Counted from the stretch's first letter, positions 27,628 through 37,274 are shown. The stretch is DNA of 64,000 nt from an uncultured virus (IMG/VR IMGVR_UViG_3300028187_000002) (IMGVR_UViG_3300028187_000002); one strand, 5' to 3'. The notes: generated from the letters alone by a model not told the origin. Made by a program: numbers and translations.

Positions 27628-28335
27628 ATGTTTGCTGTTGGAGGTATTGTTGCTGAATACAAGTATAACAACGAAGACCTATTCACAGAACTAGAGAGTG
27701 CTAAGACAAAGGAAGAGATTGATGATATCAGGGGTAAGATTTATCTAAACAACCTAAGAATGGTACATACAGTACTGAATAGAGCCTTTCCACAAGGCAC
27801 TAAAAAGATGTGTGCCACTCATAGGATTACTCCACAGGACTTCTTTAGTGAAGTTAGCTTTGGCTTACTGAAAGCTATAAATACTTTTGATTCTTCTAAA
27901 GGGTTTAAGTTTGCCACTTATGCAGTGAGATGTATGGAGAACGAGTTAAACCAGTACCTTAGAAAGATAACTAGACGAGTTCTAGCATGTCTAGATGAGA
28001 CTGGGTTAGATGACTCTGAAGAGGATAATGATAAGACTCTAGGAGATATAATGATGGTAGAGGAAAAGGGTTATGATGCTTTTATGGATAGAGAAGAGTT
28101 TGAGCTACTCATTCCTAAGCTTAAACCTCATTTCCGAACTAGAGTCCGAGCAAACATACTGAATCTATATATCAAGTCCCTTAGAGAGGACGAGCCTCTA
28201 ACCCAGTATGAAATAGCAGACAGACTAGGTGTATCTCAACCTTCAGTAAACAAAACCATGAAACTTATACACAAGATTGCTAATGATATTAGGAGGGAAT
28301 TAGATGAAAGCGAACTACAGCGACAGACTAATTGA
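27628..28335 (+). CDS. phage RNA polymerase sigma factor, sporulation-sigma-like
   Basis: region 2 GLLKAINTFDSSKGFKFATYAVRCMENE; region 4 HTH LTQYEIADRLGVSQPSV. Confidence 0.88.
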   Translation: MFAVGGIVAEYKYNNEDLFTELESAKTKEEIDDIRGKIYLNNLRMVHTVLNRAFPQGTKKMCATHRITPQDFFSEVSFGLLKAINTFDSSKGFKFATYAVRCMENELNQYLRKITRRVLACLDETGLDDSEEDNDKTLGDIMMVEEKGYDAFMDREEFELLIPKLKPHFRTRVRANILNLYIKSLREDEPLTQYEIADRLGVSQPSVNKTMKLIHKIANDIRRELDESELQRQTN

Positions 28336-28663
28336 TAATAAGATGATACTGACAACACTAACAAAGGTGGAAGACACTTCTCGTTCTACAGTGTATGTGA
28401 CTTCTAATCCAGAGTTATACGTGATTGTATTCTACAATCAGACTGCTCTAGCTGATTATATCAAGCAGAACGTTGATGGTCTATTTGGTATCCGTCTAAT
28501 TAAGGAAGGCAAGAAGTATTGTAGATATAACGTTGCTTTAGAGTCTGGAGAAGAAATCATAGGCAGAACTATTGCAGAGGCATTCAATATCATGAATAAG
28601 GATAATGAAGAACCTGTGATTATGTACACCGATGATGTGACAGGCTTGCCTATAATAGAATGA
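28304..28663 (+). CDS. hypothetical protein
   Basis: AGGAGG SD. Confidence 0.65.
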   Translation: MKANYSDRLIDNKMILTTLTKVEDTSRSTVYVTSNPELYVIVFYNQTALADYIKQNVDGLFGIRLIKEGKKYCRYNVALESGEEIIGRTIAEAFNIMNKDNEEPVIMYTDDVTGLPIIE

Positions 28664-28722
28664 CCTCAATCCCCCTAGATTTTTATAACTAGGGGGATTT
28701 TTAATTAAAACGAGGTGATAGT

Positions 28723-29184
28723 ATGAAAGGTATTAATCATTACAGAGTTCTATCAAATGCCTATGGTAGAAAAGAGCTACTGGAGATGGGCAAGAATAAT
28801 GGTCTCAGTTGGCAGGAAGATAATGGGCGTGAAGGTGTCAACTGGTTACGATTTAGTAGGGCTTTAGTAAATCATCTGGATGAGGGTAAGCACTTTGACA
28901 CAGACAGTACAGATACTGAGTCTTTACAATCAATGATGGATCAATATACACAATTGAGAGATATGCATAAGCAGACAATGATTCCCCATGTAAGAGCTGG
29001 GTTATCTAAGTTATACTCTCAAGGAGCAGACACTAGCAAAGACCCAATGGAATACCTCCCTCAAGTATATGACCACCTAGATGCTAATGGTGGACACGTA
29101 TGGGCTGAAAAAGTAAGAACCCTGAATAGTTTGAATAGCCAGATTAAGGGTATATCTGAAAAACTCTCTACGAGACAAGTTTAG
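28723..29184 (+). CDS. protein with an N-terminal helix-loop-helix repeat
   Basis: RKELLEMGKNNGLSWQEDNGREGVNWLRFSRALVNHL; GAGGTG SD. Confidence 0.7.
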   Translation: MKGINHYRVLSNAYGRKELLEMGKNNGLSWQEDNGREGVNWLRFSRALVNHLDEGKHFDTDSTDTESLQSMMDQYTQLRDMHKQTMIPHVRAGLSKLYSQGADTSKDPMEYLPQVYDHLDANGGHVWAEKVRTLNSLNSQIKGISEKLSTRQV

Positions 29185-29226
29185 GTTGGCAATGTGCCAA
29201 CCTTAATTTTTTGCACTTTTAAGTGG

Positions 29227-29261
29227 AACGATTTGACAAAGGGACAAGCCCGTGACAAAAT
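29227..29261 (+). promoter_or_regulatory. sigmaA-type promoter related to the early class (AACGAT-TTGACA-17-CAAAAT)
   Basis: consensus -35; CGTGA before -10 as in P2-P5. Confidence 0.65.
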
Positions 29262-29306
29262 GAGAGTGTGATTTTCATTTCCGAGAAAACAAGGGAGGAA
29301 TACAGG

Positions 29307-30227
29307 ATGGCTAGAACAGGATTAGAGAGATTTCAGGCTAGACAAGGTAAGGTAAAAGGTGACGAGAAGGCTATACATGAGGCTTCTATGAAAAAGCAGA
29401 TGACTGCTGATATGTACGATGAGCTTAAAGATGAGGGCAATATTGAGGAAGCAGCTATGGTAGTAAGCCGAGATGGTATGAAACTGCTAGGTCAAATGCT
29501 TACTAATTCAATAGATAGTTCTATAGAGAGAGTACTTGACCGTAAGCTGGATGAGAAATTAGGTCAGTTGTTATCAGGTCTTAGCAAAGGTCTACAGGAA
29601 GCTATGGTGTCAATGCAAGACGTAGCGGTAGCTAAAGCAGAGTCTAAGATAGAAGAAGCGGTTACTAAAGCTAGTGAGCAAATAGTAGCAGAGATTAACT
29701 TATCAGAGACTCCATCTATTGATAAAACAATAGAGAAGGTTAAGAAGAATATGGGAATAGACTTAGGTGGTAAAGTGACTGCTCCTAACTTAGGAAAACT
29801 AGTAGACATAGTAGAAACTAAACAACCTGCTCCTACTAAGCCCTACGTGGAGAAGAGAATACAGGAAGCCCACGACAAAGCTAAGTCTACACAGGCACAG
29901 AAGGTAGATAAAGTAATGAGCAAAGCCTTGCAACCAGATACAGCTCCTAAAGAGCCTTTCAAGTGGGATGCAGTACCAGAGAAGCAAGGTACTAGACTTG
30001 TAGCTAGACCTAATAAGCCTAACTTCCTAACATATTGTCCTATCATTGTAGAGTATTTGGAGAAACACCCAAACCAACCTACACAGTTTAAGGATATCAA
30101 CGATTATGCTATAGACACATACAATGTAACCTTTGGCACTAAGAGTTCTAAATTCATGGAGTTCGTATCATTGAAGGATTCACGAATCACACGACACTCT
30201 TACGGACAGTTCATTTTGAAGCCATAA
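29307..30227 (+). CDS. coiled-coil protein with a C-terminal Rok-like winged helix
   Basis: GGGAGG SD; C-terminus ...FM...ITRHSYGQFIL. Confidence 0.6.
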   Translation: MARTGLERFQARQGKVKGDEKAIHEASMKKQMTADMYDELKDEGNIEEAAMVVSRDGMKLLGQMLTNSIDSSIERVLDRKLDEKLGQLLSGLSKGLQEAMVSMQDVAVAKAESKIEEAVTKASEQIVAEINLSETPSIDKTIEKVKKNMGIDLGGKVTAPNLGKLVDIVETKQPAPTKPYVEKRIQEAHDKAKSTQAQKVDKVMSKALQPDTAPKEPFKWDAVPEKQGTRLVARPNKPNFLTYCPIIVEYLEKHPNQPTQFKDINDYAIDTYNVTFGTKSSKFMEFVSLKDSRITRHSYGQFILKP

Positions 30228-30503
30228 GGGAGAAGACTTTTCGCAAGGGGGCTTTTTTTAAAGCGAACAGGGCGAGAGAGTTAACATTACTCGACTGGGA
30301 CACGACAAGGTAGGAAGCCTACCTTCCCCTTGCTAAGGGTTCAGGATTTGTGTTAAAAACTATAACTCAAGTATATTCTAACCTGAGCCTTTAGCAAGGG
30401 GTGGATAGTCCCCCACCTCTTTCCCTAATAGGATATTCCCCATATTCTATCCCATACCTTTGTTGGTGGGAGGAACGTTACCCTCCTACCACTCTTTTTA
30501 TAT

Positions 30504-30577
30504 GGTTCCTTAGCTCAATTGGTTAGAGCACACGGCTCATAACCGTGCGGTTGTAGGTTCGATTCCTACAGGAATCA
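30504..30577 (+). tRNA. tRNA with CAT anticodon (resembles Ile2/lysidine type; could be Met)
   Basis: full cloverleaf GGTTCCT/AGGAATC, CACGG-CTCATAA-CCGTG, GTTCGATTC; no encoded CCA. Confidence 0.9.
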
Positions 30578-30875
30578 CTGATAGTTGGAAATGTGACATG
30601 GTAGTGGAAGTATCCACATGGGGTCACACAGTACGTTTGAAGGGGTTTAGGACGTGCAGTAGCAGGGAAGTCTAGCAGATACGGAGCACAGAGATGGTAG
30701 GGTGCTAGAAGCGTAGGTCATCTGGTTAGTGACCTATACAACATATTGCGATATGTTGTTGTCTTTTAAAACAATACGGTTTGTTTTCGTGAAAGTATTG
30801 TTCTACTGAAAGTATGTATAGTGTGGAAAGCTTACATACACCCGATAGTGGGTGTGGAAAGCCCACTATCATCTT

Positions 30876-30948
30876 TACCCCATATTTCAAAGGTAAGAAT
30901 ACCTTAGCTACGGCTAGGGAGGTGCAGATTCGAAATCTGTTGGGGTAG
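30876..30948 (+). ncRNA. tRNA-shaped element with a cUACGg tetraloop in place of the anticodon loop
   Basis: TACCCCA/TGGGGTA, CCTTAGC-TACG-GCTAGGG, GCAGA-TTCGAAA-TCTGT. Confidence 0.6.
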
Positions 30949-31101
30949 TAAGGTATTAGTACATAGTCTGCTATGGTATACTTACCCTCTGGAGCGTTGT
31001 ACAATACGAGTGTGCAGGGGTGACCACACTTCCCTACGTCAGGGCTAACAGGCGTACCCTTATCTCTGGTCAGTAGATTAATAAAACTGACCTTCACCCC
31101 T

Positions 31102-31184
31102 AGCTCTGTAGCTCAACGGTAGAGCGTCTGCCAGTAGGTTATACCGAAAGCGGATGGTTGTAGGTTCGACTCCTATCAGGGCAA
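31102..31184 (+). ncRNA. tRNA-shaped element with an 18-nt anticodon loop
   Basis: canonical D arm GCTCAACGGTAGAGC and T arm GTAGG-TTCGACT-CCTAT. Confidence 0.6.
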
Positions 31185-31246
31185 TTGTGATTCTACTTAT
31201 CTCCAAAGTGGTGACTATAATGAGGTCACTGTAGAGTCCAATATTT

Positions 31247-31340
31247 GCTGTGATGTGTACTATGGTAGTACTACTATAACATCTCGAAACTCCACGGGTT
31301 GTAAATATGGAGTCTGTAGGTTCGAATCCTACTCACAGCG
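31247..31340 (+). ncRNA. tRNA-shaped element with a non-canonical core
   Basis: perfect GCTGTGA/TCACAGC and GTAGG-TTCGAAT-CCTAC. Confidence 0.55.
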
Positions 31341-31459
31341 TTGTGCGGGAGCACATATCTATTGTTAGTGGGAGTAACAATAGGTGATTATCCCTATAGT
31401 AGTGACTTAGGACGCCACTGCTACAGGGAGGTAGGCATTGTGAGTGCCTACCATATCAT

Positions 31460-31529
31460 GGGAGGACTGTCTGATTCAAATGAGTCCGATAGTGATGGTT
31501 ATAAGGGGGTTCGAGTCCCCCACCTCCAA
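31460..31529 (+). ncRNA. degenerate tRNA-shaped element
   Basis: GGAGG/CCTCC and GGGGG-TTCGAGT-CCCCC. Confidence 0.4.
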
Positions 31530-31537
31530 CCTACCAT

Positions 31538-31609
31538 GAAGGTGAACTGGAAATTGGAGACTGGTCGGTAAAAACCAGAGACCGTAGGGTCAATTCCCTA
31601 CCACCTTCC
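31538..31609 (+). ncRNA. degenerate tRNA-shaped element
   Basis: GAAGGTG/CACCTTC, CTGGT/ACCAG, GTAGGG/CCCTAC. Confidence 0.4.
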
Positions 31610-31716
31610 TTATATCATGGGCATAAGCCCACCGTCTACTATCCCATTAAAAACCACAACAACGGTTTGTCTCATTGTAACATCCAGTAGAGAGTGTAGC
31701 AACTCTCTACAACCCT

Positions 31717-31788
31717 GGGGGTATAGTTTAACTGGTAAAACAGTGGTCTCCAAAACCACCGTCCTAGGTTCGAATCCTAGTGCCCTCG
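31717..31788 (+). tRNA. tRNA-Trp(CCA)
   Basis: cloverleaf; GTGGT-CTCCAAA-ACCAC; CTAGG-TTCGAAT-CCTAG. Confidence 0.9.
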
Positions 31789-32233
31789 TTACCTACATTA
31801 ACAGTAAGAGACAGTAGACTGTCAGGGTTAGAAACTAGACTAAGTGGCTCGTAGGTCAATGCCTAAGTCTTGTACCTGATTGGTGTAGCAGATTCCATGA
31901 TGACCACTAGACCATATCTGTTTTTGTAGGATTCACAACATGTAAGAGTGTTGTATACTAACTATACTATGTGTGGTTAGAAAGTCAAATTTTGCTTTAT
32001 TGGTAGCGGAAACTACTGATAAGCACTTATACTATATGTATATGTAAATTTTATTTATTGCACGGAGTTACCTCTAATTTCTCCAAGTGCTAACACTAGG
32101 TAGAGCAGACTACCGAATATAAAAAGCAGACCATTCTATCAAGCCAGATTGATAGTGTTCATAGGGGGCACATGATGGTCTTAAACGGAGGTAAAGGCAG
32201 ACTGGTGAGTCCGATACCTCTGGAATCCCTATC

Positions 32234-32543
32234 ATTACATAATATTTTCCCCAAGGCTCTGCTAGATGACGGTTTCGAGTCCGAATGTTAGTAATGGGAG
32301 TAGCTACCCACAGAACGCATAAAATGGCAGCCTTCTAGTATTCCCCCAGATTAGGGTTCGATTCCCTGCTGTACCAATCTAGTACTGGTCTAGCTAACCA
32401 AGGAACGAGGTATAGTATCTTGGAGAAGTCTTGGGGAAGGTATTATGTAATATTTTCATCAAGGCTCTGTACAGGACAGTAGGCTTTGGTCAAGCCTTTC
32501 GTAGAACTGTTTTGTTGGTCACGGAGCTTTGATGAAGGTATTA
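32234..32543 (+). ncRNA. two tandem long-stem RNA domains with related, covarying closing helices
   Basis: 32234-32258 pairs with 32427-32451; 32448-32470 pairs with 32521-32543. Confidence 0.55.
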
Positions 32544-32669
32544 TGTGTCTTCCCACATAGTAGCTTCACTGAACTGAACCTGGGACTACATCCCCAGATT
32601 TGTGTCCAGATAACTCAACTTTTGATATAAACCTGTCAACTGTGGTAGGCTTGAACTACCTACCACCAG

Positions 32670-32706
32670 CCCTAAGACACTTAGTCTTAGGGTTTTTTAT
32701 TGTTTT
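32670..32706 (+). terminator. intrinsic terminator ending the RNA cluster
   Basis: CCCTAAGAC/GTCTTAGGG stem plus T-run. Confidence 0.7.
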
Positions 32707-32809
32707 AGAGGGAGAAATCCTGAAACCTCTCTTTTATTACCTTTGAAGGATTCAACTAAGAAGCAGGTCAGAAACCTATATCCTTACTTAGTTTTTAAGG
32801 GGGAGAAAG

Positions 32810-34885
32810 ATGTCTGATTATGTTATTGAACTAGATAGGTGGAGTATAAGTAAAGAAGGTACAAACGCTCTAGAGACCTCTAAAGGTATCAATAGTGCAT
32901 TGTTGTGGGCAGACTTGGAGGGGTATTCTAGGATATCTTTTCCTAGGGGTACATACCTCATAGATGAGACAACACCTGTCTTGCCTAGGAGTTATTCTAC
33001 AATAGACTTAGCAGGGTCAACACTAAAGATAAACCCTAACGATTTGGAGGGGTATTCAGTAGTGAATTTTGACACAGTAAGGCATGCCAGACTAACTAAT
33101 GGTATCATTTTAGGAGACCGAGACCAACACACTTATAAGTTAGACGGTATCGGCTCTGATACCCATGAAGGGGGTCATGGCATTATTGTAGGAGGGGCTA
33201 GCAGATTCTTGGATATAGACAATCTAGAGATTTCTCACTGTACTGGGGACGCTGTAATGAGCTATGGTACTTTTCCTTCACTAGCAGCTTATTTACGTAA
33301 AGCCACTTGTGAGAAAGGTAGCTGGAGTCTTGTAGATGGCACTGAAGTTACAGACCTTAATAGAATAAGGTTTACTACCAAGATAATGATGAGTGACCCT
33401 ACCATAGCCAGGTCTAAGACTTGGGGCGTTTATGGAGGTGGATACGGAGGTCTAGGTTCGGATATAACTTCTCAATTTTATGATGTAGTTTATTATAACT
33501 TAGATGGTTCTTTCCATTCATCAGTAGACAGAGTACAATTCTTTGACGACCTTCTAGTTCCTACTGGAGCTTCTTATGCAAAGGTGTCCTTATATCAAAG
33601 TCTTATACCAGAGGATGCAAATAACTCATTATGGGTTAGAGTATTTGCTCATCCAGAGAGTATCTTCTTTGATAAGCTAGACTTACACCATTGTCGTAGA
33701 CAAGGCATGAGTCTATCAGGCAAACACATTCATGTAACGAACAGTGAGATTCACCATATAGGAGGAAGTAATGCTAGTACTCCTATAGGAACAGACCCTC
33801 AAGGTGGAATAGATATAGAAGATGGTTATGATTTAAACCAGCACTTCTATATAGAGAACAATAACTTCCATGACAACTGGGGTTATGACCTAGTAATCAC
33901 TAATGGGAAGCACATGAATATAACAGGCAATAGATTCAACAAGGTAGGCAAATATGTGAGTGTTGCCATAAATGCCCCTGTAGACCAGTCATTCTTCACT
34001 AAGAACACTATACACCAAGGTAGAGTTGTAATAAGCGGAGAGGTAACAACGTCAGAGAACCGCTTCTATGGGTGTAATGTAACACTAGGTGATGCAGGTC
34101 TATATGGCAGAAAGATGGAAGTTAAGGATTGTTCATTCCATAACTGCGTGGTAACTCTAGACCAAGGGGTGGCTTACACTCTAAGACTAGATGGATGTGA
34201 GTTCTTAAATGACTCTCAAAAAGCTATATTCAACATGATTAATACTCTTACTCTGAAGAATGAGCCACAAACACTTATCAATTGCTCCTTTGAGGGTAAA
34301 GATAAGAGTTACCTAATCTATAACCTTAATAAGCCTAAGTCAGGATGGATATTCGACAATATCACGTTCAATAAGATTGAGAATGGTATAGGCTTCCCTT
34401 GTGGGACTCTAAGAGATTGTCTCTTTAACAATATCCCTACTATTGCATTCTCCGCTAACAGTGATAACAGTGGAGAGGTGGACATGATAAACTGCACTAT
34501 AAAGAGTCCAGACCAGAATAACACTTTACTAGCAATTGGTAGTATGAAGAGGTTTAGAATGGAAGGCTGTCAGATAGAGAAGAAGGATAGTCTCATGTTA
34601 GATGTAGGTAATGTATCAGAATCCGTTATAGTTAAAGATAATGTATTTAGATATATCAATCCTGTATTCGCAAACAGGGGTCTATTGAATATACAGGAGT
34701 CTTTCAATGGTCTCTATCTAATAGTAGAGGATAATATAGCTCAATCTACTATGAGTAAGCCATTCATATTAAACAACACTAAGTCTAAGGTTATCTTGAG
34801 GGATAATGATTTATTTGGACTATCCCTGAAGGCTACTACAGAGACCCTAATAAATAATACAGTGGATGGAGTTTTAGTTGTCTAG
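32810..34885 (+). CDS. right-handed parallel beta-helix (pectin-lyase-like) protein
   Basis: FPRGTYLI start, repeated N/I ladders, GIDIEDG, NNFHDN. Confidence 0.75.
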   Translation: MSDYVIELDRWSISKEGTNALETSKGINSALLWADLEGYSRISFPRGTYLIDETTPVLPRSYSTIDLAGSTLKINPNDLEGYSVVNFDTVRHARLTNGIILGDRDQHTYKLDGIGSDTHEGGHGIIVGGASRFLDIDNLEISHCTGDAVMSYGTFPSLAAYLRKATCEKGSWSLVDGTEVTDLNRIRFTTKIMMSDPTIARSKTWGVYGGGYGGLGSDITSQFYDVVYYNLDGSFHSSVDRVQFFDDLLVPTGASYAKVSLYQSLIPEDANNSLWVRVFAHPESIFFDKLDLHHCRRQGMSLSGKHIHVTNSEIHHIGGSNASTPIGTDPQGGIDIEDGYDLNQHFYIENNNFHDNWGYDLVITNGKHMNITGNRFNKVGKYVSVAINAPVDQSFFTKNTIHQGRVVISGEVTTSENRFYGCNVTLGDAGLYGRKMEVKDCSFHNCVVTLDQGVAYTLRLDGCEFLNDSQKAIFNMINTLTLKNEPQTLINCSFEGKDKSYLIYNLNKPKSGWIFDNITFNKIENGIGFPCGTLRDCLFNNIPTIAFSANSDNSGEVDMINCTIKSPDQNNTLLAIGSMKRFRMEGCQIEKKDSLMLDVGNVSESVIVKDNVFRYINPVFANRGLLNIQESFNGLYLIVEDNIAQSTMSKPFILNNTKSKVILRDNDLFGLSLKATTETLINNTVDGVLVV

Positions 34886-34963
34886 CACAGGCAATACTCT
34901 CTCTGACTATATGAGTGCTGGTTATTTGAAAGGACTTTTAGTATTATAAAGGAGTGGTGATAG

Positions 34964-35872
34964 ATGAAGCACTGGGAACATACAGAAGTAGTAGACACGC
35001 CTACGTACAAGGAGTTCTTGCAATTTGGTACTCCTATCGTACCTGAAGCCTCACTACCTCTCAATACAGCAGTTTACGTAGTTTGTGAAGGTGGCTCTAA
35101 AGCACTAGAAGGTATCTATGACAAGACTGTCGATGGTATCAGACCGCTTAAAGACACAAAAGCACCAAACCGTGACCTAAGACTGTATAAAGATGCAATC
35201 CAATCAGAACATATCACAGTACTAGCGGTGGATGGATTAATGGGAACAGGTAAAACATCTACCATTGTTGAAGCATTGATTAAGAAGCATCTAAGTAATG
35301 TTCATGTACCAGACCACTTGCTTGCTAGTGGAAACTGGAAACCAGACCCAGATGTGCATAAGATACTAATCTCTAAGCCTGCTGTAAACGCTGGTGAAGA
35401 GGAATACGGTTTCTTACCTGGGGATATTAATGAGAAGATGATTCCTACTCTTCGTAACTACACCCAATATTTTGACAGAAATCACCAAGCAGGTTTCAAT
35501 AACCTTAATACAGCTGGATATGTTGAAGTACTTCCTCTAGGATTTGTTCGAGGTATGGATGCAATGAATACTGACTTAGTAGTCGATGAATGTCAGAATA
35601 CTAAAGAGTTAGTAACAATCGTATCTAGAAGGGCAGAGAATTCTAGAATATTTTTAATAGGAGATACTTCTCCATTCCAAATAGACCTTAAAGGAAATGC
35701 TCCGACTAAGAATGGTCTCAGTGATATCATTGACCTCTTACAGGGCGCACCATACTTCCAGTATATTGAGATGAAATCCCTAGAGAACATCGTCAGAAGT
35801 TACGAGGTAAGGGATTTAGTCAGAAGACTATTTAAGAAGCATGGTTCTAACCCTCAAGAGTGGCGTTCTTAA
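34964..35872 (+). CDS. phoH: PhoH-family ATPase
   Basis: GLMGTGKT, GFLPGD, RG, VVDECQN, LIGD. Confidence 0.9.
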   Translation: MKHWEHTEVVDTPTYKEFLQFGTPIVPEASLPLNTAVYVVCEGGSKALEGIYDKTVDGIRPLKDTKAPNRDLRLYKDAIQSEHITVLAVDGLMGTGKTSTIVEALIKKHLSNVHVPDHLLASGNWKPDPDVHKILISKPAVNAGEEEYGFLPGDINEKMIPTLRNYTQYFDRNHQAGFNNLNTAGYVEVLPLGFVRGMDAMNTDLVVDECQNTKELVTIVSRRAENSRIFLIGDTSPFQIDLKGNAPTKNGLSDIIDLLQGAPYFQYIEMKSLENIVRSYEVRDLVRRLFKKHGSNPQEWRS

Positions 35873-35941
35873 GCACTTCCAAGGTACACAAGGTGGAGTA
35901 TATTGTTGCTCCACCTTATATTAATGTAAGGAGGGCTATAC

Positions 35942-36124
35942 ATGGCTATGACAAAGGTTCAGCTAATCACAGGTATTGTCTATACTGAAGAGCCAGTTAG
36001 TACACTGCGTTCACACCTACAGGGTGGAGTTAAGACAGGAACATTTATAGGATACACCGATGAGCAGAAGACAGAGAAGGTAATTGTAGCTGTTCATGCA
36101 ATGGAATATATTTTTGTTAAGTAA
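35942..36124 (+). CDS. hypothetical protein
   Basis: AAGGAGG SD; terminator follows. Confidence 0.65.
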   Translation: MAMTKVQLITGIVYTEEPVSTLRSHLQGGVKTGTFIGYTDEQKTEKVIVAVHAMEYIFVK

Positions 36125-36217
36125 AGGTCTCTACACGGAGACCTTTTCTTATGCAGGAGAGAGGTTTTGAGAATCTCTTTCTTTTAAGTAAAAATCAGAA
36201 GGAATGGAGAGATTCGC

Positions 36218-36796
36218 ATGACTTGTGAACGTGTAGCACCAAAGACTATTACCCTAGTACCAGAAGCATACAATAATCCTAGAATACTAAGAGGGACTTG
36301 GATTTACTCTCACCCCACTAAACCAATGCCTTCCCTCCCATTTGTCTATAGATTTAAAGAGTTCATAGCACAAGCTAGACAGTGTGGAGATAACTCACAG
36401 GTGGTATTTGATGCAATCACTAATTATCCTACTTTAACTAATAAAGTCAATTTAACCCTAGAACAAGTGGCTGAGAATATGATGTCTGTGAGAAGAATGA
36501 ACTACATGGACGGTTCTCTAACATTAAAGGCTACTGAAGAGAACTACTTAGCAGCAGCTAAGGAGGTAATAGATGCCCACTTTGCAGGACTACAGTATAG
36601 GTACATCAGAGAGGGAACAGTAGTAGGGTTAAAAATAAATACATCTAGTAAAGGTATTTATGCTATGGCTTGTGAAGTTAATAGCTATCTAAATGAAGTG
36701 GTGCTTAGAGGTGGAACACTAAGCTCAGCCAGTGTATATAGAATTATGAGTATTCTAAATAAGAATTTTGAGTTATTACAGGAGGAATTGGAATGA
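36218..36796 (+). CDS. hypothetical protein
   Basis: ORF with GGAG SD. Confidence 0.7.
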   Translation: MTCERVAPKTITLVPEAYNNPRILRGTWIYSHPTKPMPSLPFVYRFKEFIAQARQCGDNSQVVFDAITNYPTLTNKVNLTLEQVAENMMSVRRMNYMDGSLTLKATEENYLAAAKEVIDAHFAGLQYRYIREGTVVGLKINTSSKGIYAMACEVNSYLNEVVLRGGTLSSASVYRIMSILNKNFELLQEELE

Positions 36797-36993
36797 TTAC
36801 ACTTTTAGTGGTTTGTATAGGATTATTTTTAGGTACAGGGGCAATACTAGGCGCTACAATTATCCAGTGGAAACAGGATGACAAGTTCATTGTGCATCTA
36901 ACATCAGTTTGTATATTCTTCATAATCTTTTGGTTATCTCTTGGAGGAATTATACAAACCATAGTATATCTAATCACAGGGAGGTTTATATAA
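36793..36993 (+). CDS. two-TM membrane protein
   Basis: AGGAGG SD; hydrophobic. Confidence 0.65.
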   Translation: MITLLVVCIGLFLGTGAILGATIIQWKQDDKFIVHLTSVCIFFIIFWLSLGGIIQTIVYLITGRFI

Positions 36994-37208
36994 TGGCTTA
37001 TACACTACTTAAATGGAATGGACAGTATGGTGGAGATGCTAAGTTTGTAGCACGAGATGATGATTCAGGTAAACAGAGTATGTTTACACCAGGACGTGCA
37101 CAAGACGTAGTTTGGACTAACAGTGACTTAGCTAGTGCACCAGAGATGGCTAAGTGGGAAGATTTTGGAGACGAAACAGTAGACAATTTAGAAGATGTAG
37201 CATTTTAA
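36993..37208 (+). CDS. hypothetical protein
   Basis: GGGAGG SD, TAATG coupling. Confidence 0.7.
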   Translation: MAYTLLKWNGQYGGDAKFVARDDDSGKQSMFTPGRAQDVVWTNSDLASAPEMAKWEDFGDETVDNLEDVAF

Positions 37209-37214
37209 TTATGT

Positions 37215-37248
37215 AAGCCCTTACAATAGTAAGGGCTTATTTTTATTT
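37215..37248 (+). terminator. intrinsic terminator
   Basis: TAAGCCCTTAC/GTAAGGGCTTA stem plus T-run. Confidence 0.7.
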
Positions 37249-37274
37249 AAAGAGAAGTCTGGAGGTGGGTTAAA

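Noticed and set aside
30726..31817. ORFs 30726-31097, 31341-31571 and 31617-31817
   Set aside because: They overlap tRNA and tRNA-like structures and have no SD.
32160..32380. tmRNA
   Set aside because: A T-loop-like GGGTTCGATTCCC is present, but I found no matching 5' acceptor strand or tag reading frame.
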